A stretch of DNA of 63,268 bases, filler included, from Basidiobolus ranarum (GCA_040143965.1; 29 parts of 29 records of this genome joined end to end with filler, not necessarily neighbours in it), one strand, 5' to 3'. Counted from the whole stretch's first letter, positions 1 to 12,002 are shown. Notes: generated by a model from the letters alone, not told the origin. Translations and numbers: made by a program.

Positions 1-211
1 CTGTATCTTTCATTCTCAAATTGGGGACCGCAACTTCCACAACGTAGTCTATCCCGGATCCTCATCTCTTCATCCGTAAGTTTCAACTCTTTACCGGTCC
101 ATTGGCATTCTTGACATAAATAGGTCGGATCTTGACCCTGTTGAAAGGTGAAAAGAGGCAAAGATAAAAGTGTAAGGTGCTCGTCGTCTCTGGTTAACCG
201 TACGGTTCCAT
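1..211 (-). CDS. Probable 5' end of an intron-containing gene, product unknown
   Basis: ATG at 211, then an intron GTACGG...polypyrimidine...CAG (203-138), giving spliced MEPVKIRPIYVKNANGP followed by a possible GTAAAG donor. CpG is retained as in host genes. Confidence 0.4.
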
Positions 212-759
212 TTTTCAAGCAGTTTGGGCAATTATATGGTATAGAAGTAATACACACTTTCGCAGGCTGAATCCCTAGCCATATTATTCAATCACATTAG
301 AAAAGAAGAGAAAATAACCATTTATTCAACTTGTTTAAAAGAGAATAAACGGTTCTGGTGAACCTGACGGTAGAAAAGAAAACCAGAACATAGTTGAATA
401 GAAAGTATTTAAATATCCTATCTACTTACCAAATATAAGGCCCATAGGAAGAAGTCACTGACAAGGACAAACCAACTTATTATTTGAGCCCAACTTAAAT
501 ATTTGTCCATCTCCATATCAAGTCACAATCATGATCTAATTCAATTCTCAATGTCTTAAGAATCTGACGAATAGGCAAATTCTGTTACACTTAACCCTGA
601 TATTCACAATACTGCTCTATTGGGTTCATAATGATCTAACTAGCCGCAAATATGGTAATTTATGGTAATGCATTTTTCACTCAATGTATTACTTATTTAA
701 TATGCTGTTGATGCAAAAACTACCAAATCACTGTTGAATCCTTTCCATTTGGCCGCAGT

Positions 760-1700
760 GAGTTTATCCTACTTTTCTCGAAATCTCTTGGAATACTTCC
801 TATGATTCAGTAAGTCATTCGAGCAGTGCTTCATCAACTACATTTTGGATTTCAATACTGGACAAGCCTATTCTGTAACTAGTATCATTAGATAAAACCG
901 ATCATGGGAACATGCACTTGCTATTTAAACTGAGTGCTTTATTTGGGGTGATGAGGAATAGGAGCTAAACTGAATGCTAAGGGCATTCCAGAAAGCTGGT
1001 AAGACATCTGTGGAATAGTGGTGATTTGTGGACAGTTTTCTTTTTGCACCATTTGTTGGACATATATTTGATGTTGTAATCATTTACTTTGCAGGATAGC
1101 TACATCTGTAACTAAGTGCTGAAAGATATTCAAATGTAGATAGCTAGTATTGACAAAGGCAAGAAATAAAGATGAAATGCTTAGATCTGCTAAGCTAATA
1201 TTTAACTTTCTTTGTCCCAATATGAAATCAGCAAGTTGTACTATAAAATTGAGAATTATTGCAAAAAGGCAACTGCACGAATATACTTCAACAAGGCTAC
1301 TTGGCAACGTGGTTCCACTTATACACAAAATGTTTTCAACATTTAGTCTTACTCCATATTTTAAGCATGTGACAACTAACAACTGTGAGATACACAGATA
1401 ATTATCAATAATTGTGATTACCATCATGCACTTGCATATGCACTCTTAGCATAGAATTGGAATTGGAGAAAAATACTGAAATCATGGCAGGATGCAGGAG
1501 CTGACCAAGGTAAGATACTAAGGAGTTCATGGGTAGCTAATATCTTTAGCTTAGCAAGTGAGTGCTGAGTTTCAGTGTTTAGATCATTTGGACCAACCAT
1601 GACAGTTGTGCTTGCGGATTTTTTGGATGTGAACCGTGTACTGGCTATAGCAAAGAAGTCCACAAATCAGACACGTGGGCAATAAGCAAGACCCTGATTT
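760..1700 (+). mobile_element. Possible highly degenerate hAT-like transposase remnant
   Basis: CpG-poor stretch with fragments ...NTGQAYSVT (~855-880) and VTTNNC (~1370) that loosely resemble the hAT D.W.S...Y..VT and TTDN motifs. Many stops. Confidence 0.2.
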
Positions 1701-1982
1701 GGTAGCTAACATTTAAGCCTGCTTTAAGTATGGAACCTTGTTGGTTGCAAACTAGGCCAAGTAAAAAGCAAGTTTTGTTATCAGATCAAATATCAGTTAG
1801 TAAATGCAATTCCATAAAGAATAAAGAAATTGAGAAAAAAATCGTTCGATAAGATCAAGAAAACAATCGAAGAATCCGCAAGATTAGCAATTCATTTCAG
1901 AAAAGGCTCAATATGCAAATTCGCTAGTTTAAACTATTCATTGAATTATAAGTGGAATTTAAAGCGACAATCACATAATATA

Positions 1983-2093
1983 CTAATCCACTATAGGGGT
2001 GGCGAGATTATATGTCTTTCCACCTTGCGAGTAATCCTTACCAGCCTCACGCTCGTTGGCTGGTGGGAAAACTCGCCTTTTCTCGTCATAGTA
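1983..2093 (-). CDS. C-terminal fragment of an unknown protein (cut by contig end)
   Basis: Open frame YYDEKRRVFPPANEREAGKDYSQGGKTYNLATPIVD* with coding-like composition, followed by AT-rich sequence. Confidence 0.45.
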   Translation of the reverse strand, partial: YYDEKRRVFPPANEREAGKDYSQGGKTYNLATPIVD

Positions 2094-2095
2094 CG

Positions 2096-2195
2096 NNNNN
2101 NNNNNNNNNNNNNNNNNNNNNNNNNNNNNNNNNNNNNNNTTAATTAATTAANNNNNNNNNNNNNNNNNNNNNNNNNNNNNNNNNNNNNNNNNNNN
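2096..2195. other. Artificial contig spacer (first of 28 identical ones)
   Basis: 44 N + TTAATTAATTAA (stops in all six frames) + 44 N, recurring every ~2.18 kb up to 61092-61191. Intervening contigs decrease monotonically in length (2095 to 2077 bp). Confidence 0.99.
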
Positions 2196-4289
2196 GTGCT
2201 TGCTTGAGTGCATATAGCAATTTTTGCAGCTTACAGACCATATCAGGGTATCTAGGGTCAGCAAATCCGTCCAGTTGCTCCATATATATATCTTTTTCCA
2301 CATTTCCATTCAGAAATGCTGTTTTTACATCCATTTGATCTAAGTTAGGGTTATGGACAGCTGAGAGAGCCATGGTTATTCAGATAGGGTTTGTACCTTT
2401 GAATGATTCCATGAGCTTGGTCTTTAACTTTGCAGACCCATTTGCAACCAATTGACATTCTCACTGAAAATGGGGGACTTAAAACCCACATTTTATTTGC
2501 CTGAAATGATGTAAACTCGTCACACATTAATTTTTCCCATCATCTTTATTCCGGACACTCAACAGTTTGATCTAGGGTCTGTAGCTTGTCACAGAATGCA
2601 GCATAAGCATAAACATCATCATTGGAAGTGTTCCACCAGATTCCTAGCCTATTTCTTCTTTTGGATGATTTTCTGACCCCAAAATCATCCTCTGATGTAA
2701 TTGGGCCAGGAAATTCCACTGACTAGGACTCAGATCCCGCCAGAATTCTGTCAGACACATCCTGAACAGTGCTGATTATGTTTTCTGGATCAAGCACCGT
2801 GATTTAGGGGGGAAAGTTTGATTTTTTATCATAAACTACAGCACTTCACTTAATTCACTTCTAATTTCTGATACTAAACAGTGTAGGCCTTATATCCATG
2901 AGAATAACCAAGAAATATGCATTTCCTGCTTTTGGGTTCTTATTTGGAGCTTTTTTGAACTGGATTTAGTCATTGTGCTCTTCCACCAAGGATCTGGGGA
3001 TGATCCAACTTTATTTTGATCCATATAGGGCTTCAGATGGAGTAACATTTCATAACAATCTTGTTGGGCATTTGTTTTTGAAATTGACTGCTGTGGGGAG
3101 AGATTCATCCCAATATTGGTACTCTCATGTTTGATCATGTAATATTGTTCTTGCCATCTGCACTACGGTCCTATTAGCACATTCTGCTTCTGTTTTTTGC
3201 TGTGGGGAATCAGGTACAGTAGTGTGTTGCTTAATTCCATGTTTGGAACAAAACCTAGCAAAGTCTTTAGGGCAGTATTCTCCATCATCATCACTCCTAA
3301 CTACCCTTAATTTATACACTGACTCTTTCCCTACCAATGCTTTGAAGTCTATGAACATAGTTAATGCTTCAGATTTTAATATGAGAAAGAATATCCAATT
3401 GTATCTTGTTTTGTTATCAATAATAACTTTACATGGTACCACAGAGGTCAAAGTGAATCAGGGCAAAATTGTGAGTGTATTAGAACTCTCCAGAGCTTGC
3501 AAATGGCTCTCTATGATGTTTTACATATATGCAACCTTCACCCAGATCCAATTTAGTGATTTTTACATTTCCAAGCCTGATACAAGCTGATTTTAGATTA
3601 TTTGGGTCCATTTTTGCTTCTCAATGTAGCCTAATCTTCTATGCTATGTTTGACTACTTATTGCACCAGTTTTGGCCAAGTTTGCATGTTCACAACACAA
3701 TTTGTTGATTTCTAGCTTGTATCAGTTTTGAACTTTGATTGCAATAGCTAATTCGGTATTATTCTCAACTGTGATGGTGCATCCAGCCTCTCTGAATGCA
3801 AATTTTAGGCCTTGAGTTGTTGCTTAGCTCACAGAGGTAGATTCTTGGCTACATTTGGTACAGGGTTCATCATCCAATTTTGCAGAATGTGTAGTTAAAT
3901 TTTAGTCTGAATTGAGCACAATTGTGCCCTTACATACTGCATCTAGTGCATAGTCATCACCAAAGTAGAGTTTACTTGTTTGGCTTGGTTTTGAGCTTGA
4001 AAACCAATCTTTCTTGTTTGACATAGGTTGGGAAGCTGCGGAATCAATGTCCCAGGTTTCTGAGACTTCTTTAGTGATTACTGATAGATGGGGCTGACAT
4101 AAATAGATGATTCCTATCAGTGCTTATTTTATTTGCTTGTTCCAATTATAGTCTTTTGGCAAAAATTCTTTTTCTGCAATCGTGGATTAAATGGCATGGT
4201 TTCTGGTAGTACTGGCAGTTGATTAATTTCCTAGTAGAGGCACAGTTATTGAAGCCTGTAGGATATTTTACAGCTCTAATAAATTCCTG
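2196..4289 (-). mobile_element. Degenerate Ty1/Copia gag-pol (zinc knuckle, protease, integrase, RT start)
   Basis: CQYYQKPCHLIHDC knuckle (~4180-4220), WDIDSAASQPM protease (~4025-4055), LRVVRSDDDGEY and AECANRTVVQMART integrase, QMDVKTAFLNG...IYMEQ...VCKLQKLLYALKQA RT. Frameshifts and stops. Confidence 0.95.
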
Positions 4290-4389
4290 NNNNNNNNNNN
4301 NNNNNNNNNNNNNNNNNNNNNNNNNNNNNNNNNTTAATTAATTAANNNNNNNNNNNNNNNNNNNNNNNNNNNNNNNNNNNNNNNNNNNN

Positions 4390-6058
4390 TTCCAAGCTCT
4401 TGGATATTGTTTTAAGCCATAGAGTGTTTTCCAGAGTTGGCAAGCTTTTTTAGGGTTTTCTGGGTCCACAAATACATCTGGCTGGTCCATATAGATCTCC
4501 TCAGCAAGCTTGACATTCAAAAAGGCAGTTTTAACATCCATTAGATGTATAATAAACTGATATATAGCTGAAATTCCTAAGATCAATCTAATTGAATTAA
4601 ACTTTGCTACAGGAGCAAAATGATCTGTATAATCTATTCTTGGTGCTTGGGAAAAGCCTTTGATAACTAGTCTAGCCTTATACCTTTCTATATTGCCATC
4701 AGAGTTGCATATAACTTTAAACACCCATTGGCAGCCAATTCATTTTTTAGCATCAGGTAAGTTACTTAAAATCCAAGTTTGATTATCAATCAAAGCCTGG
4801 TACTCATCAGCCATTGAAGATCTCCAAAATTCTGTGTGAGGGCCTTTCAGGGCCTCTTTTACAGTCTGGGATTCATGTATTTGAACTGTGCAGGCATCAG
4901 CCCAATTTTAGGACTCATTCATATAGTAATCAGGGCTACTGCTGATCCAATTTGATCTCCTGGTTTGGGATAAAGGTACCGCAGCTTCTGACATTGTATT
5001 TGGCACTTCAGTAGGCAAAATTTCAGTTGAAGGGCCACAGGAATGCTATTTTCTTCATTGTTTTGGTTTGAATCAATTTGAATGATTAGATCAGGAGAAA
5101 ATTGATTTGGGTCATCATCTGAGGTCATTTTGGGTAAAAATGTTTCATTTTCAATAAACAAAACATCCCTGGACTTGATTAACTTAGAAATTTAGATATC
5201 GTGCAGCCTGCAAGCCTTAGTTTGAGTTCAATAACCCAGAAATATGCATTTCTTACTTTTTGGATCAAATTTAGATCAATTTTTGGTCATAATTTTGACA
5301 TAAGCAATGCATCCAAAGATCCTCAAATGTTTTACATCAGGTTTGACTCCCAACCATGCTTGATATGGTGTAGAGTTAGACAGACTTCTAGTAAAACTCC
5401 TGTTCTACAGATATACCACTGTAGTAACAGATTCTGCCCAAAAGTTATGAGAAAAATTTTGTGCATTTATCATAGATCTTGCCATTTCTATTATATTCCT
5501 GTTAGCTCTTTCAGCAACTCTATTTTGTTGAGGTGAATTGGGGCAGTAGTTTCTTGCATAATTCCATGAACTTTGCAAAAGTGCTTAAACAGTGTCAAAG
5601 TATTTTCTCCACCATTATCAGTATGTATTTATTTGATTTTAGTTCCAGTTTCAGTCTCCACTAGTGTTGAAATCTCTAAAGACAGAGAGAGCTGCTTCTT
5701 TTGTTTCCTTAAAGTATGCCGAAGTGTATCTTGTATAATCAACAACAAATGTGATTAAATACCTTTTTCCGCCTAAAGATAAACTTTGCACAGGCCCACA
5801 CAAATCTAAATGTATTAAATCCAATTTTTTGACTGATACAATTAAACCAGAGCTCTTGAATGGTTGCCTGGCTTGTTTTCCATATATACAACCCTCACAA
5901 ACTTCCATTTTGATTGGGGGGGTTAATTTCACTTCCAGCAATTAGGCAATTTTAGATCATTTTGCTCAAATAATTAAATCCAATATGGCCAAATCTCTGA
6001 TAAAAGTGTTTGGGGATTTGGAAGTGTTTTGGACAAGATTTGGTTTTGTGAATTAGAC
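4390..6058 (-). mobile_element. Degenerate Ty1/Copia pol (GAG-pre-integrase, integrase, RT)
   Basis: CEGCIYGKQARQPF, LDLIHLDLCGP, RYKARLVIKGFSQ, HLMDVKTAFLN...LYGLKQYPRAW. Confidence 0.95.
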
Positions 6059-6061
6059 ACT

Positions 6062-6243
6062 GGACTTGTTCCATTGTGCCAGGATTAAGCAGACAATGGA
6101 TCAATATATTAGAGTAAGTGTAATTGAAATTGATCATGCCAGAGTGTGACGGATAGTGCCAAATTGTGCTGCATATATTTTAGAATACTTTATCCAATAT
6201 GATATATACAGCGCAATCTGGCACTATCACCAAGAACAAGTCC
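6062..6243. mobile_element. 182-bp MITE (PIF/Harbinger-like), 10-bp TIR, 3-bp TSD
   Basis: ACT|GGACTTGTTC...GAACAAGTCC|ACT, with an internal imperfect inverted repeat GATAGTGCCAAATTGTGCTGCATATAT / ATATATACAGCGCAATCTGGCACTATC. A related end occurs at 30467. Confidence 0.7.
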
Positions 6244-6584
6244 ACTTAAGTTTAATTGAATTGAAAATGTCCTATATATAGTTTACTATGAAATAGGACT
6301 ATTGGACATGCTTATATCATAACAAACATGCCTGATAAGCATGGGTGAAAATTTGAGGCAATTTGGAGAAGTTTTGAGAAAATAGTGAAAATTGGTAAAA
6401 GTGATTTAAATGATATTTCTATCAATTAGAGCAATAAACACACGTTTTTGAATAACAGAATTGAGTGCTAAATAATCAGAATANNNNNNNNNNNNNNNNN
6501 NNNNNNNNNNNNNNNNNNNNNNNNNNNTTAATTAATTAANNNNNNNNNNNNNNNNNNNNNNNNNNNNNNNNNNNNNNNNNNNNG

Positions 6585-7028
6585 AGAGTCATCTTTCCCA
6601 GAAGAGAAAGGGTGACAACTATTGTGAATGTGGGTGAGGTAGTCACCAACCGGCCAGTATTGGATGAAGTCCTAGCTGATGACACCACAGCTGTTGACGA
6701 CGCTCCCAATGACGAGATCGCTACTGATGCTTTTCCTGGTACAAAATCTAGGGGTAAGAAATCAGGAGGTAAGAAATCCGGAGGTAAGAAAAAAGGAGGC
6801 AAGAAATCTGATGATAAGCCGAAAGTTGAAAAATGTTCAGAAGGTAGATTGGCCACTCTTGCAGATGTCAAGGAAGCCTTGGTTGGTGATTGTGCAGACT
6901 TCCAAGGCAAGAAAGTTTTACGAAACAAAAGTGCTCACAACTGTAAGGGTAAACTCTATCAGTGCAATGGAAGATGCGGTAAGCCAAGTAACTTCCCTGG
7001 TGTAGAGACAGGTGTATGTATCGTCTAA
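6585..7028 (+). CDS. Cys-rich protein, paralog 1 (5'-truncated by contig start)
   Basis: Frame is open from the contig start. Acidic spacer, KK(S/K)GG linker repeats, and a 6-Cys C-terminal domain nearly identical to that of 7894-8583. Confidence 0.85.
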   Translation, partial: RVIFPRRERVTTIVNVGEVVTNRPVLDEVLADDTTAVDDAPNDEIATDAFPGTKSRGKKSGGKKSGGKKKGGKKSDDKPKVEKCSEGRLATLADVKEALVGDCADFQGKKVLRNKSAHNCKGKLYQCNGRCGKPSNFPGVETGVCIV

Positions 7029-7893
7029 TTGTACCCTCAAGGATGTATATGACACTGAACTAAAAATTCAGCGGTGAATCTCTTTTGTATGCAAATATTG
7101 GTGGCGTATAATTGAACAGCGTTCAATAAAATGAATTCAGTATATGATCCTAATGGTTGAGTTGATTGAAAGATAATTCGATCAGTAAATATGCACTCAT
7201 TTCACATTAAGATGTAATTCATTCTCCAATTTATCCTCAAATATGGTATCTAAACACTAAAAATTCATACGAGCTAGAAGGCAAATATTTTGCAGACTAA
7301 AATCGTTGTAGAAAAAGCCAGCATATCTGACACTTCATCATGGTATGAACTAACACCTACAAGCTCCATCTCTTCACAAGTATGTCCATTCATCGATAAA
7401 CCGTGGTGAACTTATCTCAAGTAGTAATATCTCTTCCAAGTTACTATTGCTGCTGATCTGAGGTAAATATGAGAAAGTTGTACCTTACCTGAGCATAGAT
7501 TACACGAGTAGTTCAAAGACATGAAGTAAAATAAACAAATGTTGAGCGCAGTCATCATAAAATTGCCTCTATCCATTGGGTCGCAGATTTGATTGTGGTA
7601 TGGGAATGGTGATGGATATAACGATGAGAATGATAAGTGGACTTGTACGTTATGTTAATGTATCGTACTTGCATTATTGTCGTAGCGGTTATACAACTTG
7701 ACTGGCGAAATATAGCATCAGAGCACGCCAGCTATTTTCTCCGATAACAATCTGTAAATATTCATACGTGCTAATACGATTCTCACCATAAACCTTTAAT
7801 AAAAAAAATAGCCACACATAAAAGAAGACCCTCGGCTGCATAAAAGTCAGTGCACAATACATAGCGAGTAAACCCATTAACAAACACCTGAAA

Positions 7894-8583
7894 ATGCTTT
7901 ACCATCTCTCAATCCCCAGCGCACTCTTAATGGCCTCGTTGGCTTATGGCAACCACATGCAATTCGCCCATCATGGCTCCGGAAGCAGTATGGCCAAAGC
8001 AACAGTGTCGGGCACCAATATTGATCCTATGTTCAGTACAGTCGAAGGCTATCTTATTCCAAGCTTTATGCTGGACGAGGAGATGGAAATAACTCCAGAA
8101 GAAGCTCAGCTACGCCGCCTAAAGATGAGAAAGCTATTCAAGCGCCTACCTACCTCCTGGGTTAAGAAAATCAAAGCCAAGAAGTTTACTTCGGTCACTA
8201 CTAAGGAAGTCAAGATTGGAGAGAAATTGTCGGAAGATTTACCCTTTACAGACACTACAACCGTAGATGACGCTTCTGATATCGCTCCTGATGATGAAGA
8301 GATCATTACCGATGCCTTTCCCAGCAAGAAATCAGGAGGTAAGAAAAAAGGAGGCAAGAAATCTGGTGGTAAGCCGAAAGTTGAAAAATGTTCAGAAGGT
8401 AGATTGGCCACTCTTGCAGATGTCAAGGCAGCCTTGGTTGGTGATTGTGCAGACTTCCAAGGCAAGAAAGTTTTACGAAACAAAAGTGCTCACAACTGTA
8501 AGGGTAAACTCTATCAGTGCAATGGAAGATGCGGTAGGCCAAGTAACTTCCCTGGTGTAGAGACAGGTGTATGTATCGTCTAA
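7894..8583 (+). CDS. Putative secreted precursor with C-terminal 6-Cys domain (229 aa), paralog 2
   Basis: Intronless ORF with AAAATG context and a signal-peptide-like N-terminus (MLYHLSIPSALLMASLAYG). Contains dibasic RR/KR sites, a Lys/Gly linker and C-x18-C-x16-C-x6-C-x3-C-x13-C. Confidence 0.85.
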   Translation: MLYHLSIPSALLMASLAYGNHMQFAHHGSGSSMAKATVSGTNIDPMFSTVEGYLIPSFMLDEEMEITPEEAQLRRLKMRKLFKRLPTSWVKKIKAKKFTSVTTKEVKIGEKLSEDLPFTDTTTVDDASDIAPDDEEIITDAFPSKKSGGKKKGGKKSGGKPKVEKCSEGRLATLADVKAALVGDCADFQGKKVLRNKSAHNCKGKLYQCNGRCGRPSNFPGVETGVCIV

Positions 8584-8776
8584 TTGTACCCTCAAAGGGT
8601 GTTATGGCACTGAACCAAAAATTCAGTGGTGAATCTCTTATGTATGCAAAAGTTTGATCAAGATTGGCGTACAATTNNNNNNNNNNNNNNNNNNNNNNNN
8701 NNNNNNNNNNNNNNNNNNNNTTAATTAATTAANNNNNNNNNNNNNNNNNNNNNNNNNNNNNNNNNNNNNNNNNNNN

Positions 8777-10250
8777 CATGCTGGAAATTGATACAAGATG
8801 ATCCTTTGGTTTCTGAGTTAGCTTTACAGCTGCATGAAACAAAACAGCCTAAAATTGTTGCTATAGGAGTTACTGAAAGAGCTAACAGTACTATAATAGA
8901 AGTGGCAAGATCTATGATAAATGACACAAAACATATCTCATAACTTTTGTACAGAACATGTTGCTACAGCTGTATATCTGAAGAATAGAAGTTTTACTGG
9001 AAGTCCATCTAGCTCTACACCATATCAAGCTTGGTTTGGAGTTAGACCTGATGTAAAGCATTTGAGGATTTTTGGATGCATTGCATATGTCAAAATTATG
9101 ACCAAAAATTGGTCTAAATTTGATGCAAAAAGTAAGAAATGCAAATTTCTGAGTTATTGTACTCAAACCAAGGCCTGTAGACTCTATGAGACCAAAATTT
9201 TCAAGTTGATCAAGTCCAAGGATGTTTTGTGTAAAGAAAATGAAAATCTTGAGCCAAAAAAGACCTCAGATGATGACAAAAATCAATTTTCTCCAGATCC
9301 AATCATTAAGATTGCTTCACACTAAAACAATGAAAAAAATAGCATTCCTATAGACCCTTTGACCAGAATTCTGACTACTCAAGTGCCTAATACAATGCTA
9401 GAAGTTGTGTTACCTCCCATTGCAAACTAGGAGATCAAATCGGATCAATAGTAGCTCTGATTACAATATAAATGCGTATCAAAATTGGGCCTATGCCTGC
9501 ACAGCTCAAATACATGAGCCCCAGACTGGAAAAAAGGCCATGAATGGCTCCCACACAAAACTTTTGAAATCTGCAATGGCTTATCAGTACCATGCTTTGA
9601 TCAATAATTAAGCTTGGACTTTAACCAATGTACATGATGATTGAAAATTAAATGGCTGCCAATGGGTGTTTAAATTTAAATAAAACTATGATGGCAATAT
9701 AGAAAGGTATAAGGCTAGACTAGTAGCCAAAGGCTACTTCCAGACACCAGGAATAGAATATATAGAAACATTTGCTCCTGTAGCAAAGCTTAATTCAATT
9801 AAAATGATTTTGGTAAGTTCTGCCAAATATCCATTTATTATACATCTAATGGATGTTGAAACTGCTTTTTTGAATGGTGAGCTTGCTGAGGAGATCTATA
9901 TGGACCAGCCAGATGGATTTGTTCACCCAGAAAACTTTAAAAAAGTTTGCAGACTCCAGAAAATCTTTATGGCTTACAACAATGTCCAAGATCTTGGAAT
10001 AGCAAGATAGATGCTTTTTTGGAAACATTTAAATTCCAAAAGAGAAATGCTGGCTATAGTATCTACTTCAGGCCAGATAGAACAAACCCAACTTTATTAG
10101 CCATATACATAAATGACCTTATTTTAGCAACAAATGACTTGAAGCCTTTGGAGAAAACCAAATCCATCTTATCTGTGGAATTCAAAATGACTGATCTTGG
10201 TGAACTGACATACTTTCTTGGAATCCAAATTGAGATAGATAGAGCTACAT
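8777..10250 (+). mobile_element. Degenerate Ty1/Copia integrase-RT (same family as 4390-6058)
   Basis: TAVYLKNRS, HLRIFGCIAYV, KFDAKSKKCKFL, HLMDVETAFLNGELAEEIYMDQPDGF, FKMTDLGELTYFLGIQI. Confidence 0.95.
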
Positions 10251-10868
10251 CTCAAACATGTACGCAGTTTTCAACTTGGAAAAGAAAGAAAAGCAGCTAA
10301 AGAAGTATTGAAGTAGCAGAAAGTTAGTAAAACCTTGGGAAATGCAAAGGAGCCAGTCAGCTTAGGCTCTACTGTCCCACTTACCAAATTCTTCACACCA
10401 TTACAATGATCTGAAATTCCCTAGTCAGATATACTGGCAAAAAAGCTTCATTTCACCATGGAACTGGGTACACCAGTTGGAAGAGTGCTAAATTTGGAAG
10501 TTTATCCAACACCTGGCATCTATCAACAAGCAGAAACACCAGCAAACAAAACTCATGGCTCTCCAACCTCAACTGGTACTTTTCAAAGTGTCGAAGTTAA
10601 CCCCAAAGTTAAAGGCAAGCAAAAAGCCACACAAACACTGCAAAGCACCCTCAATAGTGTCACACTACCAGGACATAGAAAAATAGTAAAAGTGCTTGAG
10701 GAGTATTTTCAGAAGTATGAAGGGAGAAATGCAGTGCAAGTATGCAGAAAGTGCTTCAGAAGAACATTCAACTTGACATTCAGTCTGGTGTTGACCATGC
10801 AGATATCTGGGAAGAACTTAATACAGAGTGACACAATATTGCAGGGTATCCACCAGATAGCTGGAAGA
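10251..10868 (+). mobile_element. CACTA/En-Spm-like element, ORF2 3' part
   Basis: GTPVGRVLNLEVYPTPG...KVKGKQKATQTLQSTL matches copies at 24099, 35024, 37208 and 42830. Confidence 0.8.
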
Positions 10869-10968
10869 NNNNNNNNNNNNNNNNNNNNNNNNNNNNNNNN
10901 NNNNNNNNNNNNTTAATTAATTAANNNNNNNNNNNNNNNNNNNNNNNNNNNNNNNNNNNNNNNNNNNN

Positions 10969-12002
10969 GACTGTTGTGGCTTTTTCAAGCTCAGTAAGAG
11001 CTTCACTATCTCTCTCAAACACCCATTGTCTTGGTCTTGTGGGGGTATGCATTGTAATGGATTGCTGTCTTAGTAGATTGCTCTCAGATGTCAGATCTTC
11101 ATCCAACAAAGTGGAAGGTTCAATAATTCTTGTGGTTGGCCTTTGTTGCTGTTGCATGGTAGTACGCAATGAACCGGAATGTCTTTCTGGTGGCATGCTC
11201 CTTGGAGCTGACTCTTCTCCAGATGCAAAAAGCTCACTGGTTGGTTTGGTTGAATCAGGTAAATTGCATGCTACAATGCATGAGAATCTGGGCTGGCCTC
11301 TTTCTGGTTCTTTATTGACTGCTTGCCCTTCATTAAAAATGGGAGATACATCACAGACTCTTCCAAGCTGGCATTGCTGTTGATGTGTACTAAAAGCTGA
11401 TGAACCAACTTGTCAGGCTCTTGCCCTTGTTGGAGGTGTTACCTCAATTCTAGTGGTGAGTTATGACAAATCTTCTTGTGAAATAGATACCTCATCAGGG
11501 GTCTCTTTGATTTGGAATGCTCTAGTATATTTCTGCAGTGGTCTAGACTGCCCCAAATTGCCTTTGGGAATATCTTCTGATTCAATCAATTGTCTTGCTT
11601 TTCTCTTTACACCTCTGTTGATTACTGTTGCCATAGTGTGCTGAAATGTTGTTTTGAACTCTACAACCTACATCAACTGTTGCTGCAAAGTCTCATTGAG
11701 TAGTTGTAGATATCTATTTAGAACATCTTTGTCTCTAAAGTTGAGGCTGCAATGGTAACTTCCAGTCCATATAAGCAAAAACACAATTAGAACCGTGTTT
11801 TTGCAGACTCAACATTGAAATTCCTATTTCTCCATTCACACTTTCCATCCTCATGAGTCTTCTTGTGTATTTTCTTGCAGACTTCTGAAGGCTTGAAGAT
11901 ATAGTATTCTCTCCAAAGCTGCATTAAAAGTTGCTTCCACTTTTGTCTAATGCCCCCTTCCCCAGCTTCTGTCAAGTTTATCAATAGCTCCAATATATCC
12001 AA
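10969..12002 (-). pseudogene. Degenerate ORF divergent from the Harbinger transposase (candidate accessory gene)
   Basis: Broken, CpG-depleted coding-like fragments (WKQLLMQLWREYY...; S/T/Q-rich low complexity) on the same contig as the transposase. PIF/Harbinger elements typically carry a second (Myb/SANT) gene, but that domain was not recognised. Confidence 0.35.

Noticed and set aside
1-140. Rpb12-like zinc ribbon reading YLCQECQW...RCGSCG on -
   Set aside because: Spacing does not match Rpb12, and the upstream ATG/intron phase favours a different frame. It cannot be fully excluded.
1996-2095. Structured ncRNA candidate (GGCGAG/CTCGCC and CCAGCC/GGCTGG stems)
   Set aside because: Stems are short and overlap, no snRNA/snoRNA/ribozyme boxes were recognised, and a minus-strand coding C-terminus explains the GC content.
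6536-8674. Antisense and alternate-frame ORFs over the Cys-rich genes (also 14872-15177, 16647-16874, 23568-23996)
   Set aside because: Shadow ORFs of real genes or low-complexity sequence.
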